This document shows, in pieces, positions 50,388 to 60,334 of a stretch of 64,000 nt of DNA. Under the pieces are notes generated by a model that had not been told where the DNA came from, made no database searches, and saw only the letters and a program-made list of their open reading frames with translations. Within the stretch, counting starts at the first letter, position 1; every line of letters starts with the position of its first letter. The position numbers were made by a program, and so were the translations under genes. Source of the stretch: Myxococcota bacterium (lineage in GTDB: Bacteria; Myxococcota_A; UBA796; UBA2385); NCBI GenBank assembly GCA_044344255.1, contig JBIJDH010000002.1, forward strand, positions 480,001 through 544,000. The letters are read 5' to 3'.

Positions 50388-51811
50388 GCGCCCCCGATCG
50401 CTTCCACGACGAGTGCGGCGTGGTGGGCGTCTACGGCGACCCCGACGCCGCGCGCCTCACCACCCTCGGCCTCCACGCCCTCCAGCACCGCGGGCAGGAG
50501 GGGGCCGGGATCGCGGCGGCGGGGGGCGAACGGATGGTGCTCCACCGCGGGATGGGGCTCGTCCACGACGTCTTCAAGGCTGCGGACCTCGCGACCTTGG
50601 AGGGCAGCGCCGCGATCGGCCACGTCCGCTACTCCACGGCGGGCGAGAGCTCCCTTCGTAACGTCCAGCCCTTCCTGGTCCGATACGTCGAGGGGCAGGT
50701 CGCGATCGCGCACAACGGCAACCTCGTCAACGCCAACCCCTTGCGCCGCCAGCTCGAGGCCCGCGGGAGCATCTTCGCGACGACCTCCGACACCGAGGTG
50801 GTGCTGCATCTCCTGGCCGGCTCTCGTCAGAGCACCTTCGTCAACCGGCTCGTCGAGGCCTTGTACAGGGTTGAGGGGGCCTACTCGCTCCTCCTCCTGA
50901 CCGAGCGAGAGCTCGTCGCCGTGCGCGACCCCCACGGCTTTCGGCCGCTGGTGCTCGGAGCCCGCGGGGACGCCTTCGTGGTCGCGAGCGAGACCTGCGC
51001 CCTCGAGCTGATGGGGGCTACCTACGTCCGGGAGATCGCGCCGGGCGAGATGGTCATCATTGATCGGGAGGGGCTGCTCTCGCTCCACCCCTTCCCGAAG
51101 CGGCCGCGGAGGGCCTGTGTGTTCGAGCACATCTACTTCGCGCGCCCGGACTCGGTGGTCTTCGGGATGGGGGTCTACGAGACCCGAGTGGCCCTCGGCC
51201 GCCGCCTCGCCGTAGAGCACCCCGCCGCCGTGGACTGCGTGATCCCAGTGCCCGACTCCGGGCTTGCGGGCGCCCTCGGCTACTCCGAGCAGAGCGGTGT
51301 TCCCTTTCAGTTCGGCCTGCTGCGCTCCCATTATGTCGGGCGGACCTTCATCGAGCCCTCCCAGCAGATCCGCGCCCTCGGGGTCAAGCTGAAGCTCGCG
51401 CCGGTCCGCAGCGTGCTGCAGGGGAAGCGCGTGGCGGTGATCGACGACTCCCTCGTGCGCGGGACCACCTCCCAGAAGATCGTCAAGCTGCTCCGCGAGG
51501 CCGGCGCGGCCGAGGTCCACCTCCGCATCACCGCTCCGCCGACGACCGGCTCCTGCTTCTACGGGGTGGACACGCCCAACAAGGAGGAGCTGATCGCCCA
51601 CCGGATGGACGTCGAGGGGATCCGCGCGTGGCTGGGGGCAGACTCCCTCGGCTACCTCTCCCTCGAGGGGCTGCGCCTCGTGGAGGGCGAACAACGCGGG
51701 GAGTTCTGTGAGGCCTGCTTCTCGGGGGATTACCCCGTCGCGCCGGTCTCCGAGGTCGCCGAGGCCCAGGTGCCGCTCTTCGCGCGCGGAGACGACGGCG
51801 GCGCGGCCTGA
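50384..51811 (+). CDS. purF: Amidophosphoribosyltransferase
   Basis: [26 protein letters not shown] and [11 protein letters not shown] motifs; Fe-S Cys. Confidence 0.97.
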
Positions 51812-51858
51812 TCGGGCGCCGGTGTTCCGACAAATCGTGTCCGCGCGGGTGCCCGCGT

Positions 51859-51867
51859 TGCTATGAT
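51859..51867 (+). promoter_or_regulatory. Putative extended -10 promoter (TGcTATGAT) for the Hsp70-PilZ gene
   Basis: TG-n-TATGAT about 30 bp upstream of ATG 51897. Confidence 0.55.
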
Positions 51868-51896
51868 GCGCGCCTTGTGGTGGGGATGGGTGCGGC

Positions 51897-54467
51897 ATGG
51901 GCAAGGTGATCGGAATCGACCTCGGGACCACCAACACCGCCGTCGCGGTCGTGATGGAGGGTCGGCCCCGGGTCCTCGAAGACGACAAGGGCTACAAGGT
52001 GTTGCCCTCCTGCGTCTCCGTGAAGCCCGATGGGCGCTACATTGTGGGTCAGTCCGCCCGCAACCTCGTGATCACCGATCCCACGCGCACGGTCTACGCG
52101 GTCAAGCGGCTCATGGGCCGACGCTTCGACAGCCCGGAGGTGACGGAGGCCCGGCGGCGAGTCGGCTACGCGATTCAGCCGGCGCCGGACGGTGGCTGTC
52201 AGGTGGTGTTGGGCGGGGAGACCTACACCCCGGTCGAGATCTGCGCGCTGGTGCTGCAAGTGGCGAAGGGCATCGCCGAGAAGGCGCTGCACGACACGGT
52301 CGACGAGGCCGTCATCACCGTCCCCGCCTACTTCAACCACCAGCAGCGAAACTCCACCCTCGAGGCCGCCCGCCTCGCCGGCCTCCGCTGCGAGCGGCTG
52401 TTGAACGAGCCCACCGCGGCTGCCCTCGCGTACGGCTTCCGCAAGGAGATCGAGCGCACGGTGGTCGTCTACGACCTCGGCGGCGGCACCTTTGACGTCA
52501 GCGTGCTCCACCTGTCAAAGGGGGTCTACGAGGTCCTCTCCACCAGCGGCGACACGTACCTGGGCGGCGAAGACTTCGACTTCCGCATCGTGGACTACCT
52601 CGCCAACCACTTCCAGTCGGACAACGCGGTCGACCTACGGCAGGACAAGACCAGCCTCCAGCGCCTGAAGGAGGCCGCTGAGCGCGCCAAGTGCGAGCTG
52701 TCCTTCACCGATCGCACCACCGTGCTGGTGCCGAAGATCACCGAGCGAGAGAACCTTGAGGTGGCCCTGTCCCGCCTCACCCTGGAGTCGCTGGTCAAGG
52801 ACCTCATCGAGCGGACGGTCGAGGTCACCCGCGCCGCCGTGCAGGACGCCGGGCTGCAGCTCAGCCAGATCGAGGACGTCATCCTCGTCGGGGGGCAGAC
52901 CCGGATGCCCCGGGTGCGGGAGGCGATCAGCTCGCTCTTCCAGCGCGAGCCGAGCCGCACCGTCCACCCTGAAGAGGTCGTGGCGATTGGCGCGGCCGTC
53001 CATGCGGCCAGCCTCTCGGACTCCAACCTCGGCGCCACCGTCCTCCTCGACGTCACCCCCTTCGATCTCGGCATCGACGTGGCGGGCGGCCTCTTTCAGC
53101 CGGTGATCACCCGAAACAGCCACGTCCCGGCGGTTGGCACACGCACCTTCGCCACCGCCCACGACAACCAGGAGTCGGTGAAGGTGACCGTGCGGCAGGG
53201 AGAGAGCCGCTTCAGCGTCGAGAACGAATTCCTCGGGGAGTTCGTCATGAACGGCCTCACGGCGGCGCCGCGGATGCAGACGAAGGTCGATGTCCAGTTT
53301 CGCCTCGACAGCAATGGCATCCTGTTCATCACCTCCTCCGAGCAGGGGACGGGTGAGCGGAAGAAGGTCACGATCCGCAACTACGCCCAGGTCGCTCAGG
53401 GCGGCGGTCAGGCGCAGGTCGAGGTCGAAGGGGAGACCTCCGGGGCGGCCCAAAAGAGCCCCATCGCCACCGCGCCTGCGCCCGAGAAGGCCCCAAAGGG
53501 CGGGCTTGGCGCCATCGGCTTCTTGGACCGGATCTTTGGCCGCGGCAAGAAGGCGGGCGATCGTCCCACCTCCCAGGTGGCCCAGCCGGCCGCGCCGCCT
53601 CCCCTCGCGGAGGCCCCGGCGCCGGTCTTTGCGACCTATGAAGATCTCCCCGAGATGGACGCGCCAGAGGCCCTGCCCGACGACGCGCTCTTCGGGGAGG
53701 AGGCCGACCCACCCGAGGACTTCGGCGCGCTGGTCCCGCTCGACGAAGATGTACCGGCCTTTCCGCTAGACGGCTCCGATGAGGACGACGAGGGCCCGGA
53801 GCCGCTGCCGGTCGGCCTCCCCGCCTCCCGCGGCCCTGACCCCTACGCCCACGGTGGCGATGACCCCTTCGGCATCGGCGGCGGGGATGACGAGGGTGAC
53901 GACTCCTTCGCGATGCCCCTGGACGAGGAGGTCGGCTACGGGGCCGAAGAGAGCTGGGATCGGTCGCTCTCGGCGCCCCTCTCGCTGCCCGAGGACGAGC
54001 TCGAGCCGGAGCCAACGCCGCTGCCGCTGACCCCGCCTCCCGCAGCCGCCTCCCGCCCGGGCCCCTTGACGCCGGATCCCTTCGCCGATGAAGGCGAAGA
54101 CACCGACCTCCAACGCCTCCGTCGCCGCCCCCCCTCCGGTGACCGGTCCGCCCGCCGGAAGCCGGCGCGCCTCAAGCTCGCCTATCGGCGCGCTGACGCG
54201 ATGGTGGTCGAGTACCTCGACAACCTCCGCCGAGGCGGTTGTTTCGTCAAGACCGAGAAGCCGCTCCCCGTGGGCCGCGAGTGCATCATCGAGGTTCGCT
54301 CCCCCGGGCTGCGGGAGCCCCTGCACATCGCGGGGGTGGTCTCCTGGTCGAGCGCCGATCAAGCCTCGCTGCCGCCCGGTCAGGCGGAGGGTATGGGCAT
54401 CGAGTACCGCCTCGACGAGGGCGGTCGGGAAGAGATCGTGCGCGTGCTCGAGGGCCTCGTCGGCTGA
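51897..54467 (+). CDS. Hsp70/DnaK-family protein with acidic Pro-rich linker and C-terminal PilZ-like (TIGR02266-like) domain
   Basis: GIDLGTTN, TVPAYFN, NEPTAAALAYG, DLGGGTFD and LVGGQTRMP motifs; C-terminal RKPAR...NLRRGGCFV...GMGIEY. Confidence 0.92.
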   Translation: MGKVIGIDLGTTNTAVAVVMEGRPRVLEDDKGYKVLPSCVSVKPDGRYIVGQSARNLVITDPTRTVYAVKRLMGRRFDSPEVTEARRRVGYAIQPAPDGGCQVVLGGETYTPVEICALVLQVAKGIAEKALHDTVDEAVITVPAYFNHQQRNSTLEAARLAGLRCERLLNEPTAAALAYGFRKEIERTVVVYDLGGGTFDVSVLHLSKGVYEVLSTSGDTYLGGEDFDFRIVDYLANHFQSDNAVDLRQDKTSLQRLKEAAERAKCELSFTDRTTVLVPKITERENLEVALSRLTLESLVKDLIERTVEVTRAAVQDAGLQLSQIEDVILVGGQTRMPRVREAISSLFQREPSRTVHPEEVVAIGAAVHAASLSDSNLGATVLLDVTPFDLGIDVAGGLFQPVITRNSHVPAVGTRTFATAHDNQESVKVTVRQGESRFSVENEFLGEFVMNGLTAAPRMQTKVDVQFRLDSNGILFITSSEQGTGERKKVTIRNYAQVAQGGGQAQVEVEGETSGAAQKSPIATAPAPEKAPKGGLGAIGFLDRIFGRGKKAGDRPTSQVAQPAAPPPLAEAPAPVFATYEDLPEMDAPEALPDDALFGEEADPPEDFGALVPLDEDVPAFPLDGSDEDDEGPEPLPVGLPASRGPDPYAHGGDDPFGIGGGDDEGDDSFAMPLDEEVGYGAEESWDRSLSAPLSLPEDELEPEPTPLPLTPPPAAASRPGPLTPDPFADEGEDTDLQRLRRRPPSGDRSARRKPARLKLAYRRADAMVVEYLDNLRRGGCFVKTEKPLPVGRECIIEVRSPGLREPLHIAGVVSWSSADQASLPPGQAEGMGIEYRLDEGGREEIVRVLEGLVG

Positions 54468-54480
54468 GCCGCGCTGCCCC

Positions 54481-55218
54481 TCAGACGGCGAGCCCGCCGT
54501 CTACAACCCACTCCTGCCCCGTGACGTAGGAGGCGAGGTCTGAGGCGAGGAAGGCCACCACGCGGGCCACCTCTTCGGGCCTGCCGACCCTGCGGAGCGG
54601 GGCCATCTCCTTGACGCCGTCGAGGATCCGAGGGTCCAGTGAGCGGGTCATGTCCGTGTCGATGAAGCCCGGGGCCACGCAGTTGACCCGAATGTTGCGC
54701 CGCCCGAGCTCCTTGGCCAGCGACCGGCTCATCGCGGAGATCCCAGCCTTGCTCGCGGCGTAGTTCGCTTGACCGGCGTTGCCACGCATACCAGAGACGC
54801 TGGTGAGGTTCACGATGACGCCTCGGCGCTGGCGAAGCATGATCTGCGCCGCGGCCCGGCACATTCGGAAGGTGGCGGTGAGGTTGGTGTCGAGGGTGGT
54901 AGACCACTCCTCGTCTGACATCCGCAGCAGCAGCGTGTCACGGGTCTGGCCCGCGTTGTTGACCACGATGTCGACCGAACCCAACGCTTCGGCGGCCGCG
55001 ACGAGCGCCTGACAGCCCGCCTCGGTCGACACGTCGGCCTGGACGGCCACGCCGCCGATCTCCTCAGCGAGCTGAAGGGCCTCGGCGGCGCTCTTGTTGT
55101 AGTTCACGACCACCCGAGCGCCCGCTCGGGCGAGCTCGGTGGCGACGGCGCGTCCGATGCCCCGGCTGGCCCCGGTGACGATGGCCACCTTGCCGTTGAG
55201 ATCGATGGTGACGGACAT
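54481..55218 (-). CDS. fabG: 3-oxoacyl-ACP reductase (SDR)
   Basis: [27 protein letters not shown] and [10 protein letters not shown] motifs; start ATG 55218. Confidence 0.9.
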   Translation of the reverse strand: MSVTIDLNGKVAIVTGASRGIGRAVATELARAGARVVVNYNKSAAEALQLAEEIGGVAVQADVSTEAGCQALVAAAEALGSVDIVVNNAGQTRDTLLLRMSDEEWSTTLDTNLTATFRMCRAAAQIMLRQRRGVIVNLTSVSGMRGNAGQANYAASKAGISAMSRSLAKELGRRNIRVNCVAPGFIDTDMTRSLDPRILDGVKEMAPLRRVGRPEEVARVVAFLASDLASYVTGQEWVVDGGLAV

Positions 55219-55265
55219 CCTGGCCCCCGGGAGAGGGGGCGGTGGCCCGCCCCCGCTCGATCGCA

Positions 55266-55844
55266 TCACTTCTTGGTGTTGACTCGGGTCACGTACTCAC
55301 CCGTGCGGGTGTCGACCTGGATGACCTCGCCCGACTCCAGGAAGAGGGGGACCTTCACGGTCGCGCCGCAGGCGAGCTTGGCCAGCTTGGTGGCGCCGGT
55401 GGCGGTGTTGCCGCGCACGCCCGGCTCGCACTCCACGATCTCGGAGACGATGAAGTTCGGCAGTGTGATGCTGACCGGGTTGCCCTTGTAGAAGAGCACG
55501 GAGACGTCGAGGTTCTCCGTGAGGTAGGGGCTCTCCTCAGTGAGCTTCTCGTTCGTGATCGCGATCTGCGTGTAGGTCTCGTTGTTCATGAAGTGATGGA
55601 ATTCGGCGTCCGAGTACAGGAACTGCATCGGCTGCTCCTCGACGTCCGCCGCCTCGAGGCGCTCACCGGTGCGGTAGGTCCGCTCGATGATGTTGCCGTT
55701 GAACATGTTCTTCAGCTTCGTGCGCGTGAAGGCAGTCCCCTTGCCGGGCTTCACGAACTGGAAGTAGATCATCGAGAACGGAGCGCCGTCGATCTCGACC
55801 TTGATGCCGTTGCGGAATTCCGAAGTTTCGTAGCTGCCGGCCAT
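55266..55844 (-). CDS. efp: Translation elongation factor P
   Basis: [25 protein letters not shown] and VDTRTGEY motifs; start ATG 55844. Confidence 0.97.
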   Translation of the reverse strand: MAGSYETSEFRNGIKVEIDGAPFSMIYFQFVKPGKGTAFTRTKLKNMFNGNIIERTYRTGERLEAADVEEQPMQFLYSDAEFHHFMNNETYTQIAITNEKLTEESPYLTENLDVSVLFYKGNPVSITLPNFIVSEIVECEPGVRGNTATGATKLAKLACGATVKVPLFLESGEVIQVDTRTGEYVTRVNTKK

Positions 55845-56064
55845 GGTGTACTCCGAGGGAGGATGCGCCAGTCCGTCGCGGGCAGGGCGCAGGTGCCTCG
55901 CCGACTGGCGGTGGAGCGGAGGGGACGGCGGCTTGGCTAACCTGCTCGCCCGGTCGGAGACGAGGCCAGCGGAGGTGACAGAAGAGGGACAGCCTCCATC
56001 CTGTGGGGGGGGCTGTGCGGGAGAGTCGAGCTCCGATACCATCGCCTACGCATTGGGAGCCCGG

Positions 56065-57783
56065 ATGGCTGTACGTCGCGCGACGCGGACCTGGACTGAC
56101 CTCGCCGCATTCTTGGAGGACTTGAACGGCTCGCTCGCCGCGGGGGCGGTGCTCCTGCCGGCAGGCACCGTGGACGGCGAGCTCGCGCCCGAGGTCAAGC
56201 TGGACTTCGTCGTGCCGGTGATCGGCCGGGTCGGGCCGATCAGCGCCCAAGTGGTCCACCGGGGCGCGGACGGCAGCGTGGCGCTCCGCCTCCCGGAGCT
56301 CGAGGCTGAAGGTGCCGCCTTGAAGCGGCTGCCCGAGGCGATCGAGCTCATCCGAGTTCATCTGCTCGACACTGGCGCGCTCGTCCTGCCGACGAAAACG
56401 GCTGACCTCGCGCGGCGGCTCGCCGAAGCCGAGGCGCGGATCGTGGCCCTCGAGGCCGAGCTCGCGACCGGTGGGGGTGTCGGCCGGAGGGGAGGCGCCG
56501 AGGGTGAGACAGCGCCCGCCCGCAGCGCGTCGTCGCCTGAACGCCGGGGGAGGGGCTTCGCCGTCCCAGACCTCCAAGGGGTGGCGCCGGCTCTGGAGGG
56601 GAAGCTGGGCGATCGGAGCTTTCGCGACGCCATCGTCCAGCTCGCGGTGGAGCGCGTCGGGGGCCTGTTCACGATCCACACGGCCGACGGGCGGGTTCGG
56701 TACGGCTTTTGGGACAAGGGCGGACCGGTCGCCTGGCGCACGGATCCGGTGCAGGAGGCCGAGGTCTTGGGGGTCCTGCTGCTCAAGGCAAACCAGATCA
56801 CCCAGGAGCAGCTGAGCGAGAGCCTCGAGCTGATGAAGCTGCACGGCATTCGCCAGGGGGAGGCCTTCATCCAGATGAACGTCCTCACCTTCACTCAGCT
56901 CATCATGGTGTTGGGCAAGCAGGTCGAGTTCCTCTTGCAGCGCGTGATGGCCGAAAAGGAGGGGAGCTGGACCTTCCACCCGCTTGAACAGCACACCGAG
57001 CAGTTCCTCCCGCCCCCGCTGAAGGTGCCCTCGCTCCTGTTTCGTGCCCTCCTGCAGCGCGCGGCCGAGTTCCGGTCGGAAGTGCTGGTCAACGCCCACA
57101 AGCCGAACCTCGACTCCTACGTCTACGTCGCGCCGGATGTGAAGCCGATCCTGGACGACATTCGTATGCAGCCGGTGGAGAAGAAGTTCCTGGAGGTGCT
57201 TCAGAGCACCGCTTGGCGACTTCGCGAGCTGTTCAGCGTGTCGCCGATGTCCCGAAACCAGACCGCCTCGATGGTATGGGTCATGAACGAGCTCGGCTTC
57301 CTCGTCTACGACGCACGTCAGGACGTGCAGCGCTACCTGGCCGAGGTGGGGTTGCTCATCCAGCGCAAGAAGGCCCAGCTGAACAAGGCCACGCACTTCG
57401 ACGCCCTTGAGGTCCACTGGATCTCGACCCCAGAGGAGGTCGAAGCCGGCTTCAAGAAGCTCGACACGGAGTTCAACCCTTCGAGCTTCCATGATCTGAC
57501 GCCGGAGCTTGCGGCAGACCTCCAGCACATCTCGAAGCGGGTGCGAGAGGCGCACGCGGTGCTGAAGGACGACAACTCTCGGCGGGAGTACCGAAAGAAG
57601 ATCATCGAGGGCTTCATGATCGTCCAGTCCGCGGAGCTGCTCGCCCGAAAGGGTGAGATGGCGATCATGCGCAAGGACCGGCGTGAGGCCGTCACCTGCT
57701 TCCTGAAGGCCCTTGAGCTCGTGCCCGGCGGCGCCGAATATCGCGAGGGCCTCCGTCGGTCGCAGGAGGTCATGGCGAGCTAG
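56065..57783 (+). CDS. Multidomain protein: PilZ-like N-terminus, coiled coil, DUF4388-like domain, degenerate J-like domain, TPR-like helix
   Basis: GKLGDRSFRDAI...GLFTI...GFWDKGGP; HFDALEV...EEVEAGF..L..EFNPSSF...AHAVLKD...RREY; start ATG 56065. Confidence 0.75.
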   Translation: MAVRRATRTWTDLAAFLEDLNGSLAAGAVLLPAGTVDGELAPEVKLDFVVPVIGRVGPISAQVVHRGADGSVALRLPELEAEGAALKRLPEAIELIRVHLLDTGALVLPTKTADLARRLAEAEARIVALEAELATGGGVGRRGGAEGETAPARSASSPERRGRGFAVPDLQGVAPALEGKLGDRSFRDAIVQLAVERVGGLFTIHTADGRVRYGFWDKGGPVAWRTDPVQEAEVLGVLLLKANQITQEQLSESLELMKLHGIRQGEAFIQMNVLTFTQLIMVLGKQVEFLLQRVMAEKEGSWTFHPLEQHTEQFLPPPLKVPSLLFRALLQRAAEFRSEVLVNAHKPNLDSYVYVAPDVKPILDDIRMQPVEKKFLEVLQSTAWRLRELFSVSPMSRNQTASMVWVMNELGFLVYDARQDVQRYLAEVGLLIQRKKAQLNKATHFDALEVHWISTPEEVEAGFKKLDTEFNPSSFHDLTPELAADLQHISKRVREAHAVLKDDNSRREYRKKIIEGFMIVQSAELLARKGEMAIMRKDRREAVTCFLKALELVPGGAEYREGLRRSQEVMAS

Positions 57784-57800
57784 GCCAGGGTGGGGTGGCC

Positions 57801-57842
57801 AAAACGAAGAGGGCCCGGCCACCGATGGTGTGCCGGGCCCTC
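57801..57842 (-). terminator. Intrinsic terminator between convergent genes (best for the act operon)
   Basis: Stem gagggcccggc / gccgggccctc with inner cacc-ggtg; followed on the minus strand by TTCGTTTT. Confidence 0.8.
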
Positions 57843-57879
57843 CCTTCACTGAGCGGATGCGCTCAGCGGTGCTGGCTCG

Positions 57880-59193
57880 TCAGTGGCCGCGATGGGCCTG
57901 GCTCGAGGGCAGCACATGCACATGGTCCGGATCCGGGGCGAGGAAGGGGTCGCTCACCACGATGGGCGGGACCTTGCTCAGGAAGCCGACCACCACGAGG
58001 ATAAAGGCCCCAAGGAAGCCGAGGGTCATCCCGATCTCGCCGATGCCGAGGGGGAGGGTCTCCTCCTTCCAGACAGCCGGCATCACCACGAGGAAGCGCT
58101 CCAGCCAGATGCCCGTCGCGATGATGAAGGTGACGAGCAGGTAGGCCGGCGGGCTCTTCTTCAGGCCGCGCGAGAGCAGCATCGTCCAGGGCACCAGGAA
58201 GCAGAGCATGATGACGACCTTCGAGAGGGTCGCCCAGGGCTGCAGCTCGGTGCGAAGCAGGATGAAGCCGATCTCTTCGGTCATGTTGCCGTACCAGATG
58301 GGCAGGTACTGAGCGAAGAGGGTGTAGGCCCAGAACATCGTCATGCCGAAGGTGAGCTTGCCGAGGTCATGGTACACGTTCGGGGTGAGCAGCTTCGTCG
58401 CCCCCATCCACTTGCGGAGGATGGTGGAGAACATGCCCAGGTACACGAGGCCGCTCCAGATGCAGCTCATGAAGTACCAGGCTGGGAACATGTTCGCGTA
58501 CCAGTGCGGAGTCAGGCTCATCGAGATGTCGATGGCCACCATCGACCACACGAGCGCGTAGGTCACGGCCACGGCCGGCGCGAGACGGGCCTGTCGTTCA
58601 GTGGAAGCCGCGATCTCGGCCGCTTCACCCTGCCAGCCGGCCGTCAGGCGACCCCACCAAGCCGGAGCCTTGTCACCGAGGCGGGCCGCGGCGTACCCAA
58701 GGTCGGACCGGAGGCTAGCGCGAATGAACAGCAGATCGAGGACCAGCAGGAGGCCGATGCCGACCACCTGTCGTGCGACGAAGAAGGTGGGGTTGAGGTA
58801 GATCGCCTTGTGCGGCGGCGCCTCGGCTTCGGTCCAGTGGAACCACTCGTAGGCGTTGAGGCCCCCTCCGAGCAGGAACACGATGAGCAGGATGTACATC
58901 GGGATGAGGAAGAGGCCGAAGGCCTCCGCCATCCGCTTGAGCGGCCGGGGCCACCGTCCCTTGGTGATCGCGCTGATGCAGGCCAGCATGAAGCCGCCCT
59001 GCGCAATGCCACCAAAGTAGAGGAAGTTCACGATGAAGGCCCCGCGCTCTCGGTCGGGGTGCGTCATGAACCCGTACGCGGCGGACAACACGCCGATGAC
59101 GACGAGGGCGATGCCGCCGAACTTCGCTGCGGCGGGCATCGGACGCGGGGTGGTCGCGATGATGGAGCTGGTGTCGGGTGCGTGGTTTCCCAT
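57880..59193 (-). CDS. actF: Alternative complex III subunit ActF (NrfD-like paralog)
   Basis: About 10 TM; YLNPTFFVAR, DISMSLTPHWYANMF, HDLGKL and AQYLPIWYGN motifs; operon context. Confidence 0.88.
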   Translation of the reverse strand: MGNHAPDTSSIIATTPRPMPAAAKFGGIALVVIGVLSAAYGFMTHPDRERGAFIVNFLYFGGIAQGGFMLACISAITKGRWPRPLKRMAEAFGLFLIPMYILLIVFLLGGGLNAYEWFHWTEAEAPPHKAIYLNPTFFVARQVVGIGLLLVLDLLFIRASLRSDLGYAAARLGDKAPAWWGRLTAGWQGEAAEIAASTERQARLAPAVAVTYALVWSMVAIDISMSLTPHWYANMFPAWYFMSCIWSGLVYLGMFSTILRKWMGATKLLTPNVYHDLGKLTFGMTMFWAYTLFAQYLPIWYGNMTEEIGFILLRTELQPWATLSKVVIMLCFLVPWTMLLSRGLKKSPPAYLLVTFIIATGIWLERFLVVMPAVWKEETLPLGIGEIGMTLGFLGAFILVVVGFLSKVPPIVVSDPFLAPDPDHVHVLPSSQAHRGH

Positions 59194-59196
59194 GGC

Positions 59197-59775
59197 TCAG
59201 TTCCCCGCCGGCGGAGTGGTGACCGCGGGCGTCGGCGCCTGGTACGCAGCGCCGTTCAAGGTGCGGACGTAGTGGACGATCGCCCACATCTCCTCGTCAT
59301 CCATCGCCGCGTCATAAGCCGGCATGATCTTGGACCGGCTGCCGTTGCGGATGGTCAGGTAGACATGACCGTCTGTCTGCCGAGAGACGCGGGCGTTCGG
59401 GCCGGACAGGACGTTGATGACCGGGATCGGGAAGCGCTTCTTCCCCTCCGTGTTGTCCATCACCGTGCCCTCGCCCGCCCCGGTCGCGCCGTGGCAAGGC
59501 GTGCAGTACACGTTGTACAGCACCTGCCCCTTGGCTTGGGTCGCGGCGTCATCGGGCAGCGGGTTGGTGAGCGCCTGCCCTTCCGGGGTGGCGATGTCGT
59601 ACTGCTGAACGTAGCGGTTCTGCGAGACGACGCCTTCCGGGAGGGTCATCATGACCCACTCGTAGGCCTTGAAGAAGTAGGAATCGACCATGTCGATGTC
59701 CCAGGGCAAGGCTGAGGCCGCACCGGAGGCCAGCAGCCCCGCGACGACGCCGAGCAGCACACGCTTCTTACGCAT
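59197..59775 (-). CDS. actE: Alternative complex III monoheme cytochrome c ActE
   Basis: Single CTPCH, distal MPAY, WAIVHYVR; operon context. Confidence 0.85.
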   Translation of the reverse strand: MRKKRVLLGVVAGLLASGAASALPWDIDMVDSYFFKAYEWVMMTLPEGVVSQNRYVQQYDIATPEGQALTNPLPDDAATQAKGQVLYNVYCTPCHGATGAGEGTVMDNTEGKKRFPIPVINVLSGPNARVSRQTDGHVYLTIRNGSRSKIMPAYDAAMDDEEMWAIVHYVRTLNGAAYQAPTPAVTTPPAGN

Positions 59776-60334
59776 GAGCCGCCTCCATGCCGGTCACTTC
59801 GGAGGCGCCGGCGGAGTGAAGGATGGACCGGACCTTGGCGGCGTCGGCGGGAGAGAGACCATTGACCACCAGCCCGAACACATCGTCGCTGAACCGGGGG
59901 TCGGTGACCTCGTACTGGAGGTTGTTGGCCGGCAGCCCACACATGATGATCATTCCGATCAGCGTGAAGAGGCAACCCATCATGATCGTGGCCTCGAAGG
60001 TGATCACGATGAAGGCCGGGATGGACACCAGCGGCTTTCCCGCTGGGATGATCATCGGCCAATTAAGGTGGGTCAACGAGGCCGTGAGGAAGCCAGACGT
60101 CCCCCCGAACAGCGCGCCACACATCGTGAACCACCGGATCGGGCTCGGGCGGCCCTCGTAGAGCTGCTCCTCGATCTCGTGTCGGGGGAGGGGAGAGGTC
60201 ACCACCAGGTTCTTGTGGAAGCCCGCCTTCTTCAGGAGATCGATGGCCTCGATGAGGCAGTCGAGCTCAGGAAAGACGCTCTTGAGGGAGCCTGGGGTGG
60301 GGCCCGGAGGGGGACCGAAGGGGTTCGGGATCAT
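59768..60334 (-). CDS. actD: Alternative complex III subunit ActD (DUF3341)
   Basis: SPLP, GKPLVSIPAFIVITFE and DPRFSDD.F motifs. Confidence 0.9.
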   Translation of the reverse strand: MIPNPFGPPPGPTPGSLKSVFPELDCLIEAIDLLKKAGFHKNLVVTSPLPRHEIEEQLYEGRPSPIRWFTMCGALFGGTSGFLTASLTHLNWPMIIPAGKPLVSIPAFIVITFEATIMMGCLFTLIGMIIMCGLPANNLQYEVTDPRFSDDVFGLVVNGLSPADAAKVRSILHSAGASEVTGMEAAHA

